The notes beneath the pieces were generated by a model that saw only the letters and a program-made list of their open reading frames with translations, did not search any database and was not told the DNA's origin. A stretch of 64,000 nt of DNA from Halobacteriovoraceae bacterium (GTDB lineage Bacteria; Bdellovibrionota; Bacteriovoracia; Bacteriovoracales; Bacteriovoracaceae). The DNA lies in assembly GCA_963719505.1 (NCBI GenBank), contig CAVRCF010000005.1:224001-288000 (forward strand), in the 5' to 3' direction. Shown one piece after another: positions 1-9,805 of this stretch. Position 1 is the first letter of the stretch, and every line of letters begins with the position of its first letter. The position numbers and the translations under genes were made by a program.

Positions 1-1
1 C

Positions 2-787
2 TTTATTTTAGACGAAGCCGACAGAATGCTTGATATGGGCTTTCTTAATGATGTTAAGAAAATAGTAAAATTAATTCCAAAGAAGCGACATACTCTTTTA
101 TTTTCAGCGACTATGCCTGCTGAGATAAAGAAACTTGCTATGGATCTGTTGGATAATCCAAAAAAAGTAGAAATAACACCAGAGTCGACGACTGTTGAAA
201 AGATTGAACAAACACTTTTATTTGTAGAGAAATCAGATAAGCGACGTCTTCTTGAAAGTGTCCTTGAAGACAAGGATATAAAAAAGGTTTTGGTTTTTTC
301 GAGAACGAAACATGGCGCTGATAGAATTGTTAAAAATTTAACTCAGGCCAAGGTCTCGTCAGTTGCAATTCATGGCAATAAGTCTCAAAATGCTAGAGAG
401 AGAGCTCTGAGCGAATTTACAAACGGCAAGGCCCGAGTCTTAGTTGCAACCGATATTGCGGCTCGTGGAATCGATATAAAAGATGTCTCTCATATTATAA
501 ACTTTAACCTACCAGAAGATTCTGAAAGTTATGTCCACCGAATTGGTCGTACGGCCAGAGCGGGAAAAAGTGGTGTTGCGATCTCTTTTTGCGATGGTTC
601 TGAATTGAAGTTTTTAAAGGGGATAGAAAAAACTATTGGGATGGAAATTCCAAAAAATACTGATCATCCTTTTCACACAGATAAAAAAAGCTTAACACCT
701 CCAGCTCCTAAAGAGCCAAGAGGTCAAAGGCCAGCACAAAACAAGAATCAAAGCCGTAAAAAACAACAGCGAAGAGGAAGAAACTAA
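2..787 (+). CDS. rhlE: DEAD-box ATP-dependent RNA helicase (RhlE-like), 5' truncated by window edge
   Basis: Frame from base 2 reads FILDEADRM (DEAD box); SAT, ARGID and HRIGRTAR motifs; basic C-tail. Confidence 0.9.
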   Translation, partial: FILDEADRMLDMGFLNDVKKIVKLIPKKRHTLLFSATMPAEIKKLAMDLLDNPKKVEITPESTTVEKIEQTLLFVEKSDKRRLLESVLEDKDIKKVLVFSRTKHGADRIVKNLTQAKVSSVAIHGNKSQNARERALSEFTNGKARVLVATDIAARGIDIKDVSHIINFNLPEDSESYVHRIGRTARAGKSGVAISFCDGSELKFLKGIEKTIGMEIPKNTDHPFHTDKKSLTPPAPKEPRGQRPAQNKNQSRKKQQRRGRN

Positions 788-1404
788 AACTTATTTCTTC
801 TGTAACCTTCGATGTTTGGATCATTTTGGTAATCAATTTGAGTTTGAATCATTTTTCTAAAAGGATTAAGAAAAGTGTCTGTCTGGGTCTTCGTTACTTT
901 TTCTAAATTTATTGCACTCAATTCTTCTAAGACGACTTTTACAGACTCTATAGTAGAGAGGCAGTAGTCTTTGGGCTGCTTTTTAAATTCATAGATCGAT
1001 TCTGACGTTGAATGAAAGCTTATTTTTGGTAGCGCCCGAAGGTTTGGAGAGAGCTTCATTAACTTTTTTGAACACGGCCAGGTTGCATCGATAATAAAGA
1101 TCGTATTGTCTTCTTCAGTTGGAATTGATTGGACTTCAAGAGCATCTTCTCCCGGATAGAGAACATAGCAGTTTGTGGTCTGGATAAGTTCATTTACCCT
1201 TTTATGATCAGCAAATGATTCCCCCATGTAAAATTCAGAATTCACAAGGGACAGGTGAGTCATGCGACCTGTATTATTTTTAACTTTTTTAAACTCGTGC
1301 ACATGAATCAGAACAACGAAAAGGGTCTTAGTCTCAATAGGATTAATATCTTCACAAAAGCAAAGTGTTCTTGGCCTCATACATTTATAGCATTTCTCTC
1401 GCAT
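784..1404 (-). CDS. tapT: DTW-domain tRNA-uridine aminocarboxypropyltransferase
   Basis: N-terminal CxxC..CxC, NTG, LYP, IDATW (DxTW) and LSTIE motifs. Confidence 0.85.
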   Translation of the reverse strand: MREKCYKCMRPRTLCFCEDINPIETKTLFVVLIHVHEFKKVKNNTGRMTHLSLVNSEFYMGESFADHKRVNELIQTTNCYVLYPGEDALEVQSIPTEEDNTIFIIDATWPCSKKLMKLSPNLRALPKISFHSTSESIYEFKKQPKDYCLSTIESVKVVLEELSAINLEKVTKTQTDTFLNPFRKMIQTQIDYQNDPNIEGYRRNKF

Positions 1405-1745
1405 TAAAAACCGTTGTTGAAAATACCTATAAACATGATGGCCAAGCCTGCAAGCATAAGAGCGAAGTCATAGGAGTTTTGGATATCGGCTGCTCGGTTA
1501 ATAATGGATTGTTTTGAACTGCTTGCTGGCAGTGACTTTTTCGCTTTTGCAAGGTTTGATTTGCTTGATGCGTTACTTTTGACAACGAATATTTTTAGAC
1601 AAAAAAGCCCAATCAGAAAGAATGAGATCAGGTAGGGGATATTGAAGTCTAGTTTGAAGTTTAAATAGAAAGGAATCACGACAAAGACGAATAAAATAAG
1701 GATAAATTTAAACTGTAATCTTAGGTAGAGAGTGATCTTTTTCAT
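1404..1745 (-). CDS. Hypothetical membrane protein
   Basis: 113 aa, about 3 hydrophobic segments, 1-bp overlap with DTW gene. Confidence 0.7.
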   Translation of the reverse strand: MKKITLYLRLQFKFILILFVFVVIPFYLNFKLDFNIPYLISFFLIGLFCLKIFVVKSNASSKSNLAKAKKSLPASSSKQSIINRAADIQNSYDFALMLAGLAIMFIGIFNNGF

Positions 1746-1901
1746 AGCTTAAGGTAAACAAAATTTTGATAGGCGTCAATAAGACTTAAACGTATAAGAT
1801 GTGCTTATGTTTATTATAATTATCTCTAAAAAGACTTGGACATTTTGATTAAAGACTGTGAATATGCCGCTTACAAAAAGACAGGTCACCGGGAGATTTC
1901 C

Positions 1902-2957
1902 ATGAGAAATAAAGCGTTAGTTTTAATGATTGTTCTATTCAGTTTTTCAGCATCGGCAAAAACATTTTCTATCATGTCTTACAATATTGAAAATCTCTTT
2001 GATACTGTTCATGACGAAGGTAAAAAAGACTACACCTACCTTCCTTTAAAAGTGAAACAATCCAGTCCTAAAATTCAAGCTTACTGTGCGGCTATGAGAG
2101 TGAGGCATTACAAAAGAAGCTGTTACAAGCTTGATTGGAATATGGACACTTATAAAGCCAAAATTAAAAACCTCGCTCGAGTCATTCTCTCTTTCAATAA
2201 AGGCTTAGGGGCTGACATTATCGTTTTCCAAGAAGTTGAAAATAAAAATGCCTTAAAAGATTTGATCAAATACGGCCTAGAAGGCCATGGTTATAAATAT
2301 ATCTCCCTCATCGAAGGTCCAGATGCTCGTGGGATTGATATTGGAATGATCTCTCGTTATCCCATCGTTTCAGAAAAACTTAATCAAGTAGATATCTCAA
2401 CAGCTGCAAGGGGTAGTAAGACCAGAGGGATCTTGGAGACGACCTTTGATATAGACTCAAAGCTTGTGACTGTCTTTGGTAATCACTGGCCTAGTCAGGG
2501 AAATAACGACAGAACAAGACTAATTGCTTCAAAGGTTCTGGAAAAAGCCGCACTTGCATCTAAGTCAGATTTAGTTATCGCCCTAGGTGACTTTAATCAA
2601 ACCCACAGCGATTCTCCTCACGGAATAAATTTAAATATTCTTCCCCTTTTTGAGGACGTAGAAGTTCTTGGGAGGACATTTTCAAATGAGTCAGCTTACG
2701 GAACTCATTGGTATAGAGGTGGTTGGGAATCATTAGATAGAATTTTTGTTCTAAAGTCTTCGCTAAAGTCGACCACCTATATTGATCACAGTGCTTTTGA
2801 TATTGTTAACGAAAACTTTATGGTGAGAGACTTTGACTGGACGGACTTTGATACTGGTGGTCAAAATTTAGATAACAATATCCCATGGCGATTTAATACT
2901 AAGTCTAAAGAGGGTTACTCTGATCATCTTCCGGTGGGAATAAGTATCAATCTTTAA
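1902..2957 (+). CDS. Secreted endonuclease/exonuclease/phosphatase (EEP) family protein
   Basis: GGAG RBS before ATG 1902; signal peptide; YNIENLFD, QEVEN, NHWPS, GDFN, LDRI, SDHLP motifs. Confidence 0.88.
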   Translation: MRNKALVLMIVLFSFSASAKTFSIMSYNIENLFDTVHDEGKKDYTYLPLKVKQSSPKIQAYCAAMRVRHYKRSCYKLDWNMDTYKAKIKNLARVILSFNKGLGADIIVFQEVENKNALKDLIKYGLEGHGYKYISLIEGPDARGIDIGMISRYPIVSEKLNQVDISTAARGSKTRGILETTFDIDSKLVTVFGNHWPSQGNNDRTRLIASKVLEKAALASKSDLVIALGDFNQTHSDSPHGINLNILPLFEDVEVLGRTFSNESAYGTHWYRGGWESLDRIFVLKSSLKSTTYIDHSAFDIVNENFMVRDFDWTDFDTGGQNLDNNIPWRFNTKSKEGYSDHLPVGISINL

Positions 2958-3192
2958 ACAGATCTCGTTTTTGATCTCGGGAGAGTTGCTTGATAGCGTA
3001 CTCTCTTTTTAAGGCTTCACTTTTTGTCTCAACCGTTTCTGAATAAACAATTTTTATGGGTGGATCGGTGCGAAAAAACTTAGCTCCCTTGCCAGACTTA
3101 TGTTTTTCGAGCCTTGCATCTAAGTCTTTGGTGATACCGGTATATAACCGCTTCTTTTTCGTTTCAATGATATAAATAAACCATTTTTCCAA
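2947..3192 (-). CDS. GIY-YIG nuclease family protein (YhbQ/UPF0213-like)
   Basis: WFIYII..LYTGIT..RLEKH..GKGAKF..EALKRE; likely TTG start at 3192. Confidence 0.85.
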   Translation of the reverse strand: MEKWFIYIIETKKKRLYTGITKDLDARLEKHKSGKGAKFFRTDPPIKIVYSETVETKSEALKREYAIKQLSRDQKRDLFKD

Positions 3193-3238
3193 GTTAAAAC
3201 CTTTGCTATATCCCTGATCTGTTGGGTATAGTTTTCGG

Positions 3239-4345
3239 ATGAATAAATACAATCTCAAAGACATAAGTATTGTTAACACAATATTTCTTATACTTACGCC
3301 TACTACTGCTTTGCTATCTCTTGTCATGTGGCTAAGGACAGCTTCTTTTGATATTAACGTCTTAGTTTTTATAGTAGCAACTTATATTATATCAGGAATT
3401 TCAATTACTGCAGGCTACCATAGGCTTTTTGCCCACAAGACATATTCGGCAAATCCTTTTGTTAAATTTTTCTTTCTCATCTTTGGGGCCACGGCTTTTC
3501 AAAACTGCGTTTTAAAATGGGCCAGCGATCACAGACTCCACCACTCAAAAGTAGATGGACAAGATGATCCCTATAATATCAACGAGGGCTTTTTCTATGC
3601 CCATATGGGATGGATATTTTTAAAGAAGAACTCTGAGATTAAGACTCGTTACGCAAAGGACATGTTGAGTGATAGGCTTATCATGTGGCAACATAAATAC
3701 TACACATCTATTGCTGTTGTGTTTGGAATACTTCTCCCAGGCGCTTTAGCCTTTTTACTTTTTAATAATATCTACGCGGCGATCGCTTGTGTTTTTATGC
3801 GAATTGTTCTCGTACACCACTGTACATTTTTTATTAATTCTCTTTGCCATGTCTTTGGATCGACTCCTTATACAGCTATTAATTCCGCTAAGGACAACTG
3901 GTTGATGGCTTATTTTACCTTCGGTGAGGGCTATCATAACTTTCATCACTTTTTTCAAACCGACTTTAGAAATGGTATCCGCTGGTATGACTTTGATCCT
4001 ACAAAGTGGTTGATAAAAACTTTGGCCCATTTAAAATTGGCAAGTGATTTAAAAGTTACTCCAAAAAGAAGTATTATCAAAGCGAAGCTCAACATGAGAA
4101 TGCAAGCTCTTGGAAGCCATGATGTCTCAAGACTCTCTGACCTAGAAGAGTTACAAAAACAAATACTGGAATCTTTGAAAAATCTAGAACACTTTAAAAA
4201 TGAATTAAAACTCAAAAAAAGAGAATTTGATAAATTTTCAAAAAAGATTTTAAAAAATAGAATTAATCAAGCCAAGAAGGAACTTCACCTGCATTTGGTT
4301 TTGTGGAAATTAAGTATAAAAAGACTTGAACAATCCTATATCTAA
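3239..4345 (+). CDS. Acyl-CoA (delta-9) fatty acid desaturase
   Basis: His boxes HRLFAH, HRLHH, HNFHH; GEGYHN; TM segments. Confidence 0.92.
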   Translation: MNKYNLKDISIVNTIFLILTPTTALLSLVMWLRTASFDINVLVFIVATYIISGISITAGYHRLFAHKTYSANPFVKFFFLIFGATAFQNCVLKWASDHRLHHSKVDGQDDPYNINEGFFYAHMGWIFLKKNSEIKTRYAKDMLSDRLIMWQHKYYTSIAVVFGILLPGALAFLLFNNIYAAIACVFMRIVLVHHCTFFINSLCHVFGSTPYTAINSAKDNWLMAYFTFGEGYHNFHHFFQTDFRNGIRWYDFDPTKWLIKTLAHLKLASDLKVTPKRSIIKAKLNMRMQALGSHDVSRLSDLEELQKQILESLKNLEHFKNELKLKKREFDKFSKKILKNRINQAKKELHLHLVLWKLSIKRLEQSYI

Positions 4346-4359
4346 AAAAGTAATCATCT

Positions 4360-5979
4360 ATGTTAAACGTCTCAAATGTAACTAAAATTCAAGGTGGAGA
4401 AACTCTCTATTCTAAAGCCACTTTTCAAATTAACCCCGGAGAGAAGGTGGGACTTGTTGGTCCAAATGGTTCAGGAAAATCCACACTTTTCAGAATGATC
4501 ATCAAAGAAGATAGTAATTTTGAAGGTCAAATTAGTTTTCCAGATAAATTAAAGCTTGCTTATTTTTCTCAAAATGTCGGTGAGATGAAGGGCAAAACAG
4601 CTCTTCAGGAAGTGATTGAGGGTGATGAGAAGATAAAAGTTTTAAGTCAAAAACTTAAAGAATTTGAGGTTAAGCTTTGTGAGCCCATGAGTGACGATGA
4701 AATGAATGCCGTTCTTGTGGAAATGGGCGATGTTCAAACAGAATTCGAAAAGCGTGGTGGCTACGATATTGAAACCAGAGCGGAAGAGATTCTCACAGGT
4801 CTAGGAATTGCTCCATCAGATCATCATAAAGATACTGGAGATTTCTCTGGTGGTTGGAAAATGAGAATCGCTCTGGCAAAGGTTCTTGTTTTAAAGCCCG
4901 ATCTCATTATCATGGATGAGCCTACCAACTATCTGGATATGGAAACTATTTTGTGGCTAGAGAATTGGCTTCAAAATTATCCCGGTGCCATTTTTATGAC
5001 CACCCATGATCGCGACTTCATGAATAATGTTTGTAAAAAAATAATAGAAATATCTAATAAAACAATGACTGTTTATTCTGGAAATTACGATTTCTACCTT
5101 AAAGAAAGGGAGATAAGACTCGACCAGCTTAAAGCTGAGCACGCTAGACAAGCCGAGATGCTTTCAAAGGAAGAAGAATTTATTGCAAAGTTTAAAGCTC
5201 GTGCTTCCCATGCGGCTCAAGTTCAGTCTCGTGTGAAAAAAATTGATAAAATTGAAAGGATCGAGCTTCCACCTGAGCAAGAAGTGATGAATTTTGATTT
5301 TCAAGCTCCTCCAAGGGGTGGAGATGATGTCGTGGTCTTCGAAGATCTTGGAAAAGTTTGGCAAAAAAATAATGGTGAAGATCATAGAGTTTTCAAAAGT
5401 CTAAGTGGAACCATTCAACGCCAAGATAAAATTGCCCTCGTGGGAGTGAATGGTGCAGGTAAGTCTACACTTCTAAAAGTTATTTGTGGTCGTACAGAAC
5501 CTACTGAAGGAACCTACAAAATTGGTCCAAGCATAAATGTAGGCTATTTCTCCCAGTATTCATTTGATGTTTTAAATCCTGAAAGTACAGTTTATGAAGA
5601 AATTCAAGGCAGTCTTCCGCTAGCTTCTGACGGGTTTTTAAGAAACCTTCTGGCGGCTTTTTTATTTCGTGGTGATGATGTTTTAAAGAAAGTTAAACAT
5701 TTATCTGGGGGAGAGAAAAGTCGGCTTATTATGACCTCGTTACTTTCTCAAGGAAATAATTTTCTTGTTCTAGATGAGCCCACTAACCATTTAGATATTG
5801 CCTCTAGAGATGTCCTGCTCAAAGCCTTGAAAGGTTTCGAAGGAACCATTCTTATTGTCTCTCACGATAGACACTTCCTCCACGGCTTAGCACAGAAAGT
5901 CTACGAAGTAGACCAAGGCGAGATCAGAGTGTATCCAGGTAATTATAAATACTATCTTGAAAAAACTAGTTCAATATAG
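4360..5979 (+). CDS. ABC-F family ATP-binding protein
   Basis: Two ABC domains (GPNGSGKS, GVNGAGKS, SGGW/SGGE, DEPTN), no TM segments. Confidence 0.92.
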   Translation: MLNVSNVTKIQGGETLYSKATFQINPGEKVGLVGPNGSGKSTLFRMIIKEDSNFEGQISFPDKLKLAYFSQNVGEMKGKTALQEVIEGDEKIKVLSQKLKEFEVKLCEPMSDDEMNAVLVEMGDVQTEFEKRGGYDIETRAEEILTGLGIAPSDHHKDTGDFSGGWKMRIALAKVLVLKPDLIIMDEPTNYLDMETILWLENWLQNYPGAIFMTTHDRDFMNNVCKKIIEISNKTMTVYSGNYDFYLKEREIRLDQLKAEHARQAEMLSKEEEFIAKFKARASHAAQVQSRVKKIDKIERIELPPEQEVMNFDFQAPPRGGDDVVVFEDLGKVWQKNNGEDHRVFKSLSGTIQRQDKIALVGVNGAGKSTLLKVICGRTEPTEGTYKIGPSINVGYFSQYSFDVLNPESTVYEEIQGSLPLASDGFLRNLLAAFLFRGDDVLKKVKHLSGGEKSRLIMTSLLSQGNNFLVLDEPTNHLDIASRDVLLKALKGFEGTILIVSHDRHFLHGLAQKVYEVDQGEIRVYPGNYKYYLEKTSSI

Positions 5980-6634
5980 GACTTTCAAACTTTAAGCCTA
6001 TTCCTTGGGGATAGGTCCCTTTGGCCAATGTTTTTCTCGCGATAGTCGCTTTGATTAAAATGGGTTTTTTAAGATTAAGTCTAACGGTTAATAAAGCATC
6101 GTATGGCAGATTAAAAACATCTCCAAAACCTTTATCGATAATAAAAACCCCAGTCTTTGAAATATCGTAAGTGAGAGACTTTATTTTTTTGCCATTGCAT
6201 TCAATCTCAACAGGTATCTCTTTCATCTCTCTTTTAGGAGTCATCCAATATCTAAATTTTTCATCTTCAATAACCCGTCTTATGTCTTTACGGTAAAAGC
6301 CCAAGCTTATCGTTAAAAAGAAAAGACTAGAAAGACCCGTTTGAAGATGGGTATAAATCTGACCATACTCGGCAACGATATAGTTATTTAAACAAATGGC
6401 AATATTGAGAATAGGTAAAACGTAAAAAAGATTCTTACTCATCTTTAGGGTAAAGATTCCGGTGAGAACTAAGAACGCCGCACTGATAAGGTTTAGGGGA
6501 GTGAGCTTGCTAAAGACAAGTCCCATATCAAGGGGATTTAGATCAAAGAGGTAACAGATTTGAACAGGAAACATAAGGGCACTTATAAAAAGGTAGGTGC
6601 TCATAAAGGTTAAAAACAATGGCTTTTCTTTCAT
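5966..6634 (-). CDS. Membrane protein with C-terminal PilZ domain
   Basis: About 4 TM helices, then PKR..DISKTG..GIGLKF (PilZ DxSxxG). Confidence 0.75.
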   Translation of the reverse strand: MKEKPLFLTFMSTYLFISALMFPVQICYLFDLNPLDMGLVFSKLTPLNLISAAFLVLTGIFTLKMSKNLFYVLPILNIAICLNNYIVAEYGQIYTHLQTGLSSLFFLTISLGFYRKDIRRVIEDEKFRYWMTPKREMKEIPVEIECNGKKIKSLTYDISKTGVFIIDKGFGDVFNLPYDALLTVRLNLKKPILIKATIARKTLAKGTYPQGIGLKFESPILN

Positions 6635-6641
6635 TTTTGAC

Positions 6642-7706
6642 CTACTTGTTAAATTGATGACAATAACTTTTTATATTATTAACGTATTTTCTGGCTTCAC
6701 CTAATTCACTAGACCAAATCCATTCTTCTTTGTGTTTCTCTATATTTCTTTTTACGCGTGATGCTCCTGAATTATAGCTTGCAAGAATAATGTCGGTTGT
6801 TTTATGAGCTTTTAAGTTTTTCGTTAAAAACTCATTATTGTATTCATTTTTCCAAAAATTTACTAAATGTCCTAAGTATATAGCACCACCTTCTAAACTT
6901 TTTTTCTCATTGAGACGCCAGTCATTTTTTTCATTGATGACACCTCTGAAGATTTTGTACTTTAAGTCTAGATAGGACAACTTATTCGAGCCGGGATAGG
7001 ACTGAAAGGTTGGATCAATCATTCGGATATCATGGTCTGCAATTGGAGTCACCTGGGTTAGCCCCACGGCTCTTGCGATACTGACGGCTTTGGGATTAAA
7101 TGAAGATTCCTGGGCCACAAGGCTAGCCAGAAGAACGGGATTGAGAGTTTTATTTTTTGCAATCTCGTTAATCTCTTTAATAAGGTATGATTTTTGATTA
7201 AAAGGACTGAGGTGAGTAAGCCTTTCAAGATCCTTATAAGAGCACTCAGGTTCACCAAGGTCGTAGTAGATGGGGGCATGATTATCTTTATCGTAATAGA
7301 GAAATGAGATCTCATTGCGAAGGCCTGGAAGAAGAGACAAGTTTCTAAAAATAACTTTTGCCTGTGTTCGCTCTTTGTTAAAAACTATATCTTCACTTTT
7401 TAGCCACCTAAAGACGATTTCTCCATTATACAAAATATTGTATTGGAATGGTTCTCGAAGACCGCTTTTATTTTTAATGATAAAAGAGAGATCAAAGTTT
7501 TGATGATAAATTTTGTGCTTTGGTATTGATTGGATTGTCACGTCATCGGCTTGTGCCATTTTTCTAAACAGATTCGTCGGCTTTACCTTGTCCTCTTTAT
7601 CTTGAGGAGTGATAGATGCTCCAAAGGGCGAAGTTGGTCCGGCACAAGAGAACAACAAAATGCTCGTCATATACATGAGGGTGATAGTCGTCAGTTGTTT
7701 TTCCAT
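6642..7706 (-). CDS. Lipoprotein with SLT lytic transglycosylase domain
   Basis: Lipobox LFSC; QESSFNP, GLTQV, ASYNSG, EARKYV motifs. Confidence 0.85.
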   Translation of the reverse strand: MEKQLTTITLMYMTSILLFSCAGPTSPFGASITPQDKEDKVKPTNLFRKMAQADDVTIQSIPKHKIYHQNFDLSFIIKNKSGLREPFQYNILYNGEIVFRWLKSEDIVFNKERTQAKVIFRNLSLLPGLRNEISFLYYDKDNHAPIYYDLGEPECSYKDLERLTHLSPFNQKSYLIKEINEIAKNKTLNPVLLASLVAQESSFNPKAVSIARAVGLTQVTPIADHDIRMIDPTFQSYPGSNKLSYLDLKYKIFRGVINEKNDWRLNEKKSLEGGAIYLGHLVNFWKNEYNNEFLTKNLKAHKTTDIILASYNSGASRVKRNIEKHKEEWIWSSELGEARKYVNNIKSYCHQFNK

Positions 7707-7844
7707 TTGGGCATAGTAACAGAAATCAAAATCTGAGACTGGAAAGTTTACAGCTTAATAAAAAAGGGTGGTTAGCTTGGGACTGCTAATGGGAAAAACG
7801 TAAAATACGCAACGATTTGTCGCCATTTTTGCTTTTTCAATACC

Positions 7845-8669
7845 TTACAGTTCGATCTGATCCATCATCATAACGTACTCTAGAGCGGAGCTATTGCTGC
7901 GGTTGAGAGACGTTCGACAACCCCGAGTCGAAGTATAATCATTTGGACCCCAAAGATACATACCAATGGGTCTTAGAGTTTGCTTGTCAAAAACGGGAGA
8001 TCCAGCTGATCTTGTTTCTGAATCCAGATCAGCTTTAAAAAAGGTCTGATAGATATACTGGGACGAAGCCATTGAAGAATACTTTAAAGGAAGACCATGA
8101 GGGTGGCCAAGCATGATGATGGATCCATCTTTCACAGGGGCTTCTGATGTTTTTAAATCAATAAACGTTTTATCCACAGCTGGTCGGTCTAGTTCGACTA
8201 TTGCATAGCTTACTCGTCTTCCAATATTTTGAACTCTTTTAATTATTTTTTTACAAGAGAAGATATCTTTTGAATCAGCTGTCTTCACTCGGTGGGATTT
8301 AAAATTTCTTTTGAAGTTAAAGACCCATTTATTATTGTCGCAATCTGTTTGGTTTGAAATGCATGAGCCCGTTGTTAAAAGAGTGTTTTCAGAAATTAAG
8401 AAACCTGTACAATTTGCAATCGTTGTTTGATTGGAAAACTTGGTATCATCACAATAATTATCGCTCCCTAAGCTGACAGCGATAAATTTACTATAATCAC
8501 CTTTGTCTATCATGGATTGAGCTGGAATCATGGCCGCTACCGACTGGGACAAACGCTCAATCTCTGGACTATTAATATCGTAAAAATCAACTCTAGAATC
8601 TGATCCGTAGATAGTTTTGTGCGCAGCAGAAATATTGATTGATAGTAGTATTATTAAGAGTTTAAACAT
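7845..8669 (-). CDS. Secreted trypsin-like serine protease homolog, catalytic triad substituted
   Basis: IYGSDSR, CTGFLI, GHPHGLP, GSPV; TGSC/SYA/SAGSP replace TAGHC/DYA/NSGSP. Confidence 0.75.
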   Translation of the reverse strand: MFKLLIILLSINISAAHKTIYGSDSRVDFYDINSPEIERLSQSVAAMIPAQSMIDKGDYSKFIAVSLGSDNYCDDTKFSNQTTIANCTGFLISENTLLTTGSCISNQTDCDNNKWVFNFKRNFKSHRVKTADSKDIFSCKKIIKRVQNIGRRVSYAIVELDRPAVDKTFIDLKTSEAPVKDGSIIMLGHPHGLPLKYSSMASSQYIYQTFFKADLDSETRSAGSPVFDKQTLRPIGMYLWGPNDYTSTRGCRTSLNRSNSSALEYVMMMDQIEL

Positions 8670-8767
8670 TTTTTCTCCAGTGTTCATCCCACTATATCTA
8701 AAAAATCTTAAGACGCCAATAAAGGGTTTTTACTTGTCTAAGTTAGTCCAATATTGGATGGTAACTT

Positions 8768-9805
8768 ATGATTATTGTTCTTCTTCTTATAAGCTGTGTT
8801 TTAGGTGCTACGTGTTTTTCAACTCAGTCGAGTGACGCTTTTTCTCGCCAAAAAGAATTGACGGCATTTGTGAACAAGCAGGTGCAAATTTCTGGGATAC
8901 CAGCTCTTTCGGTTGTGATCGGTAACTCACATGGTGTTATTTATAAAGAGTCCTTTGGGTTAGCAAAGAAGAATTCGATCTATGATCTTGCATCAATCAC
9001 TAAGGTTTTTACGGCCACAGCTTTTTTAAAAGAACTTGAAGGTCAAAACATATCTGTCGATAGTCAGTATCAAGATGGCGTTAAGTTCTCTAACCTTCTA
9101 AGGCATAGCTCTGGTTTTAAAGCCGGTTTGTCGAATCATGATTTTAAAACAACACCAGCTGAGACTTTTAAGCATATAAAGACGATGAGACCCACAAGAA
9201 CATCGGGGCTTTTTCATTACTCTGATATTAATTATCTCATCTTGGGTCTTGAGTTAGAGAGGCTTTCAGGGTTGAAACTTAATGAGTATCTGACATCGAA
9301 TGTTTTAGCTCCTTTGGAAATGGATTCAACTTCCTTTAGGCCGAAAAACTGCGAACGATGTTTAGAGACAGTGAAAGATAAAAAAGGTGTGGTCCATGAT
9401 CCGACCTCAAGGTTTCTTGGAGGTGTGACTGGCGATGCAGGAGTCTTTTCTTCTCTTGATGACCTTGCAAAGTTTACTTCTGTGTTTCTTAACGATGGTC
9501 TCTATTGCGGCAAAGAAATTATAAGCTCTCGACAAGTCAAAATGATGAAAGAAAAAACGGCGTCGGTTAGGGGGCTTGGGTTTGATATTACAAGTCCTTA
9601 CTCGAGACTTCCAAGAGGTGATTCGTTCGCTTTAAATGACTCTTTTGGACACACTGGTTACACTGGGACTTCTGTCTGGATCGACCCTACTAAAGATATC
9701 TTTGTTATTGTGCTCAGTAACTCCGTTTTAAAGCCTAAAACAAAGCCAAAGTTTCTAAAGCTTAATAACAAGATTTCAAGCTTTATAGGTCAATCACTTC
9801 TTTAA
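8768..9805 (+). CDS. Serine hydrolase, beta-lactamase/AmpC-like family
   Basis: SITK (SxxK), LLRHSSG, YSD, VHDP, GHTG; signal peptide. Confidence 0.88.
   Translation: MIIVLLLISCVLGATCFSTQSSDAFSRQKELTAFVNKQVQISGIPALSVVIGNSHGVIYKESFGLAKKNSIYDLASITKVFTATAFLKELEGQNISVDSQYQDGVKFSNLLRHSSGFKAGLSNHDFKTTPAETFKHIKTMRPTRTSGLFHYSDINYLILGLELERLSGLKLNEYLTSNVLAPLEMDSTSFRPKNCERCLETVKDKKGVVHDPTSRFLGGVTGDAGVFSSLDDLAKFTSVFLNDGLYCGKEIISSRQVKMMKEKTASVRGLGFDITSPYSRLPRGDSFALNDSFGHTGYTGTSVWIDPTKDIFVIVLSNSVLKPKTKPKFLKLNNKISSFIGQSLL

Noticed and set aside
3193-3327. N-terminal extension of the GIY-YIG ORF in the track
   Set aside because: Overlaps the desaturase start on the opposite strand; homology begins at about 3192.
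4360-5979. ABC-F antibiotic resistance protein
   Set aside because: Looks like a housekeeping ABC-F in a core context; the subfamily cannot be assigned by eye.
8768-9805. Beta-lactam resistance gene
   Set aside because: YSD/HTG and VHDP motifs fit generic serine hydrolases or esterases; there is no evidence for beta-lactamase activity.
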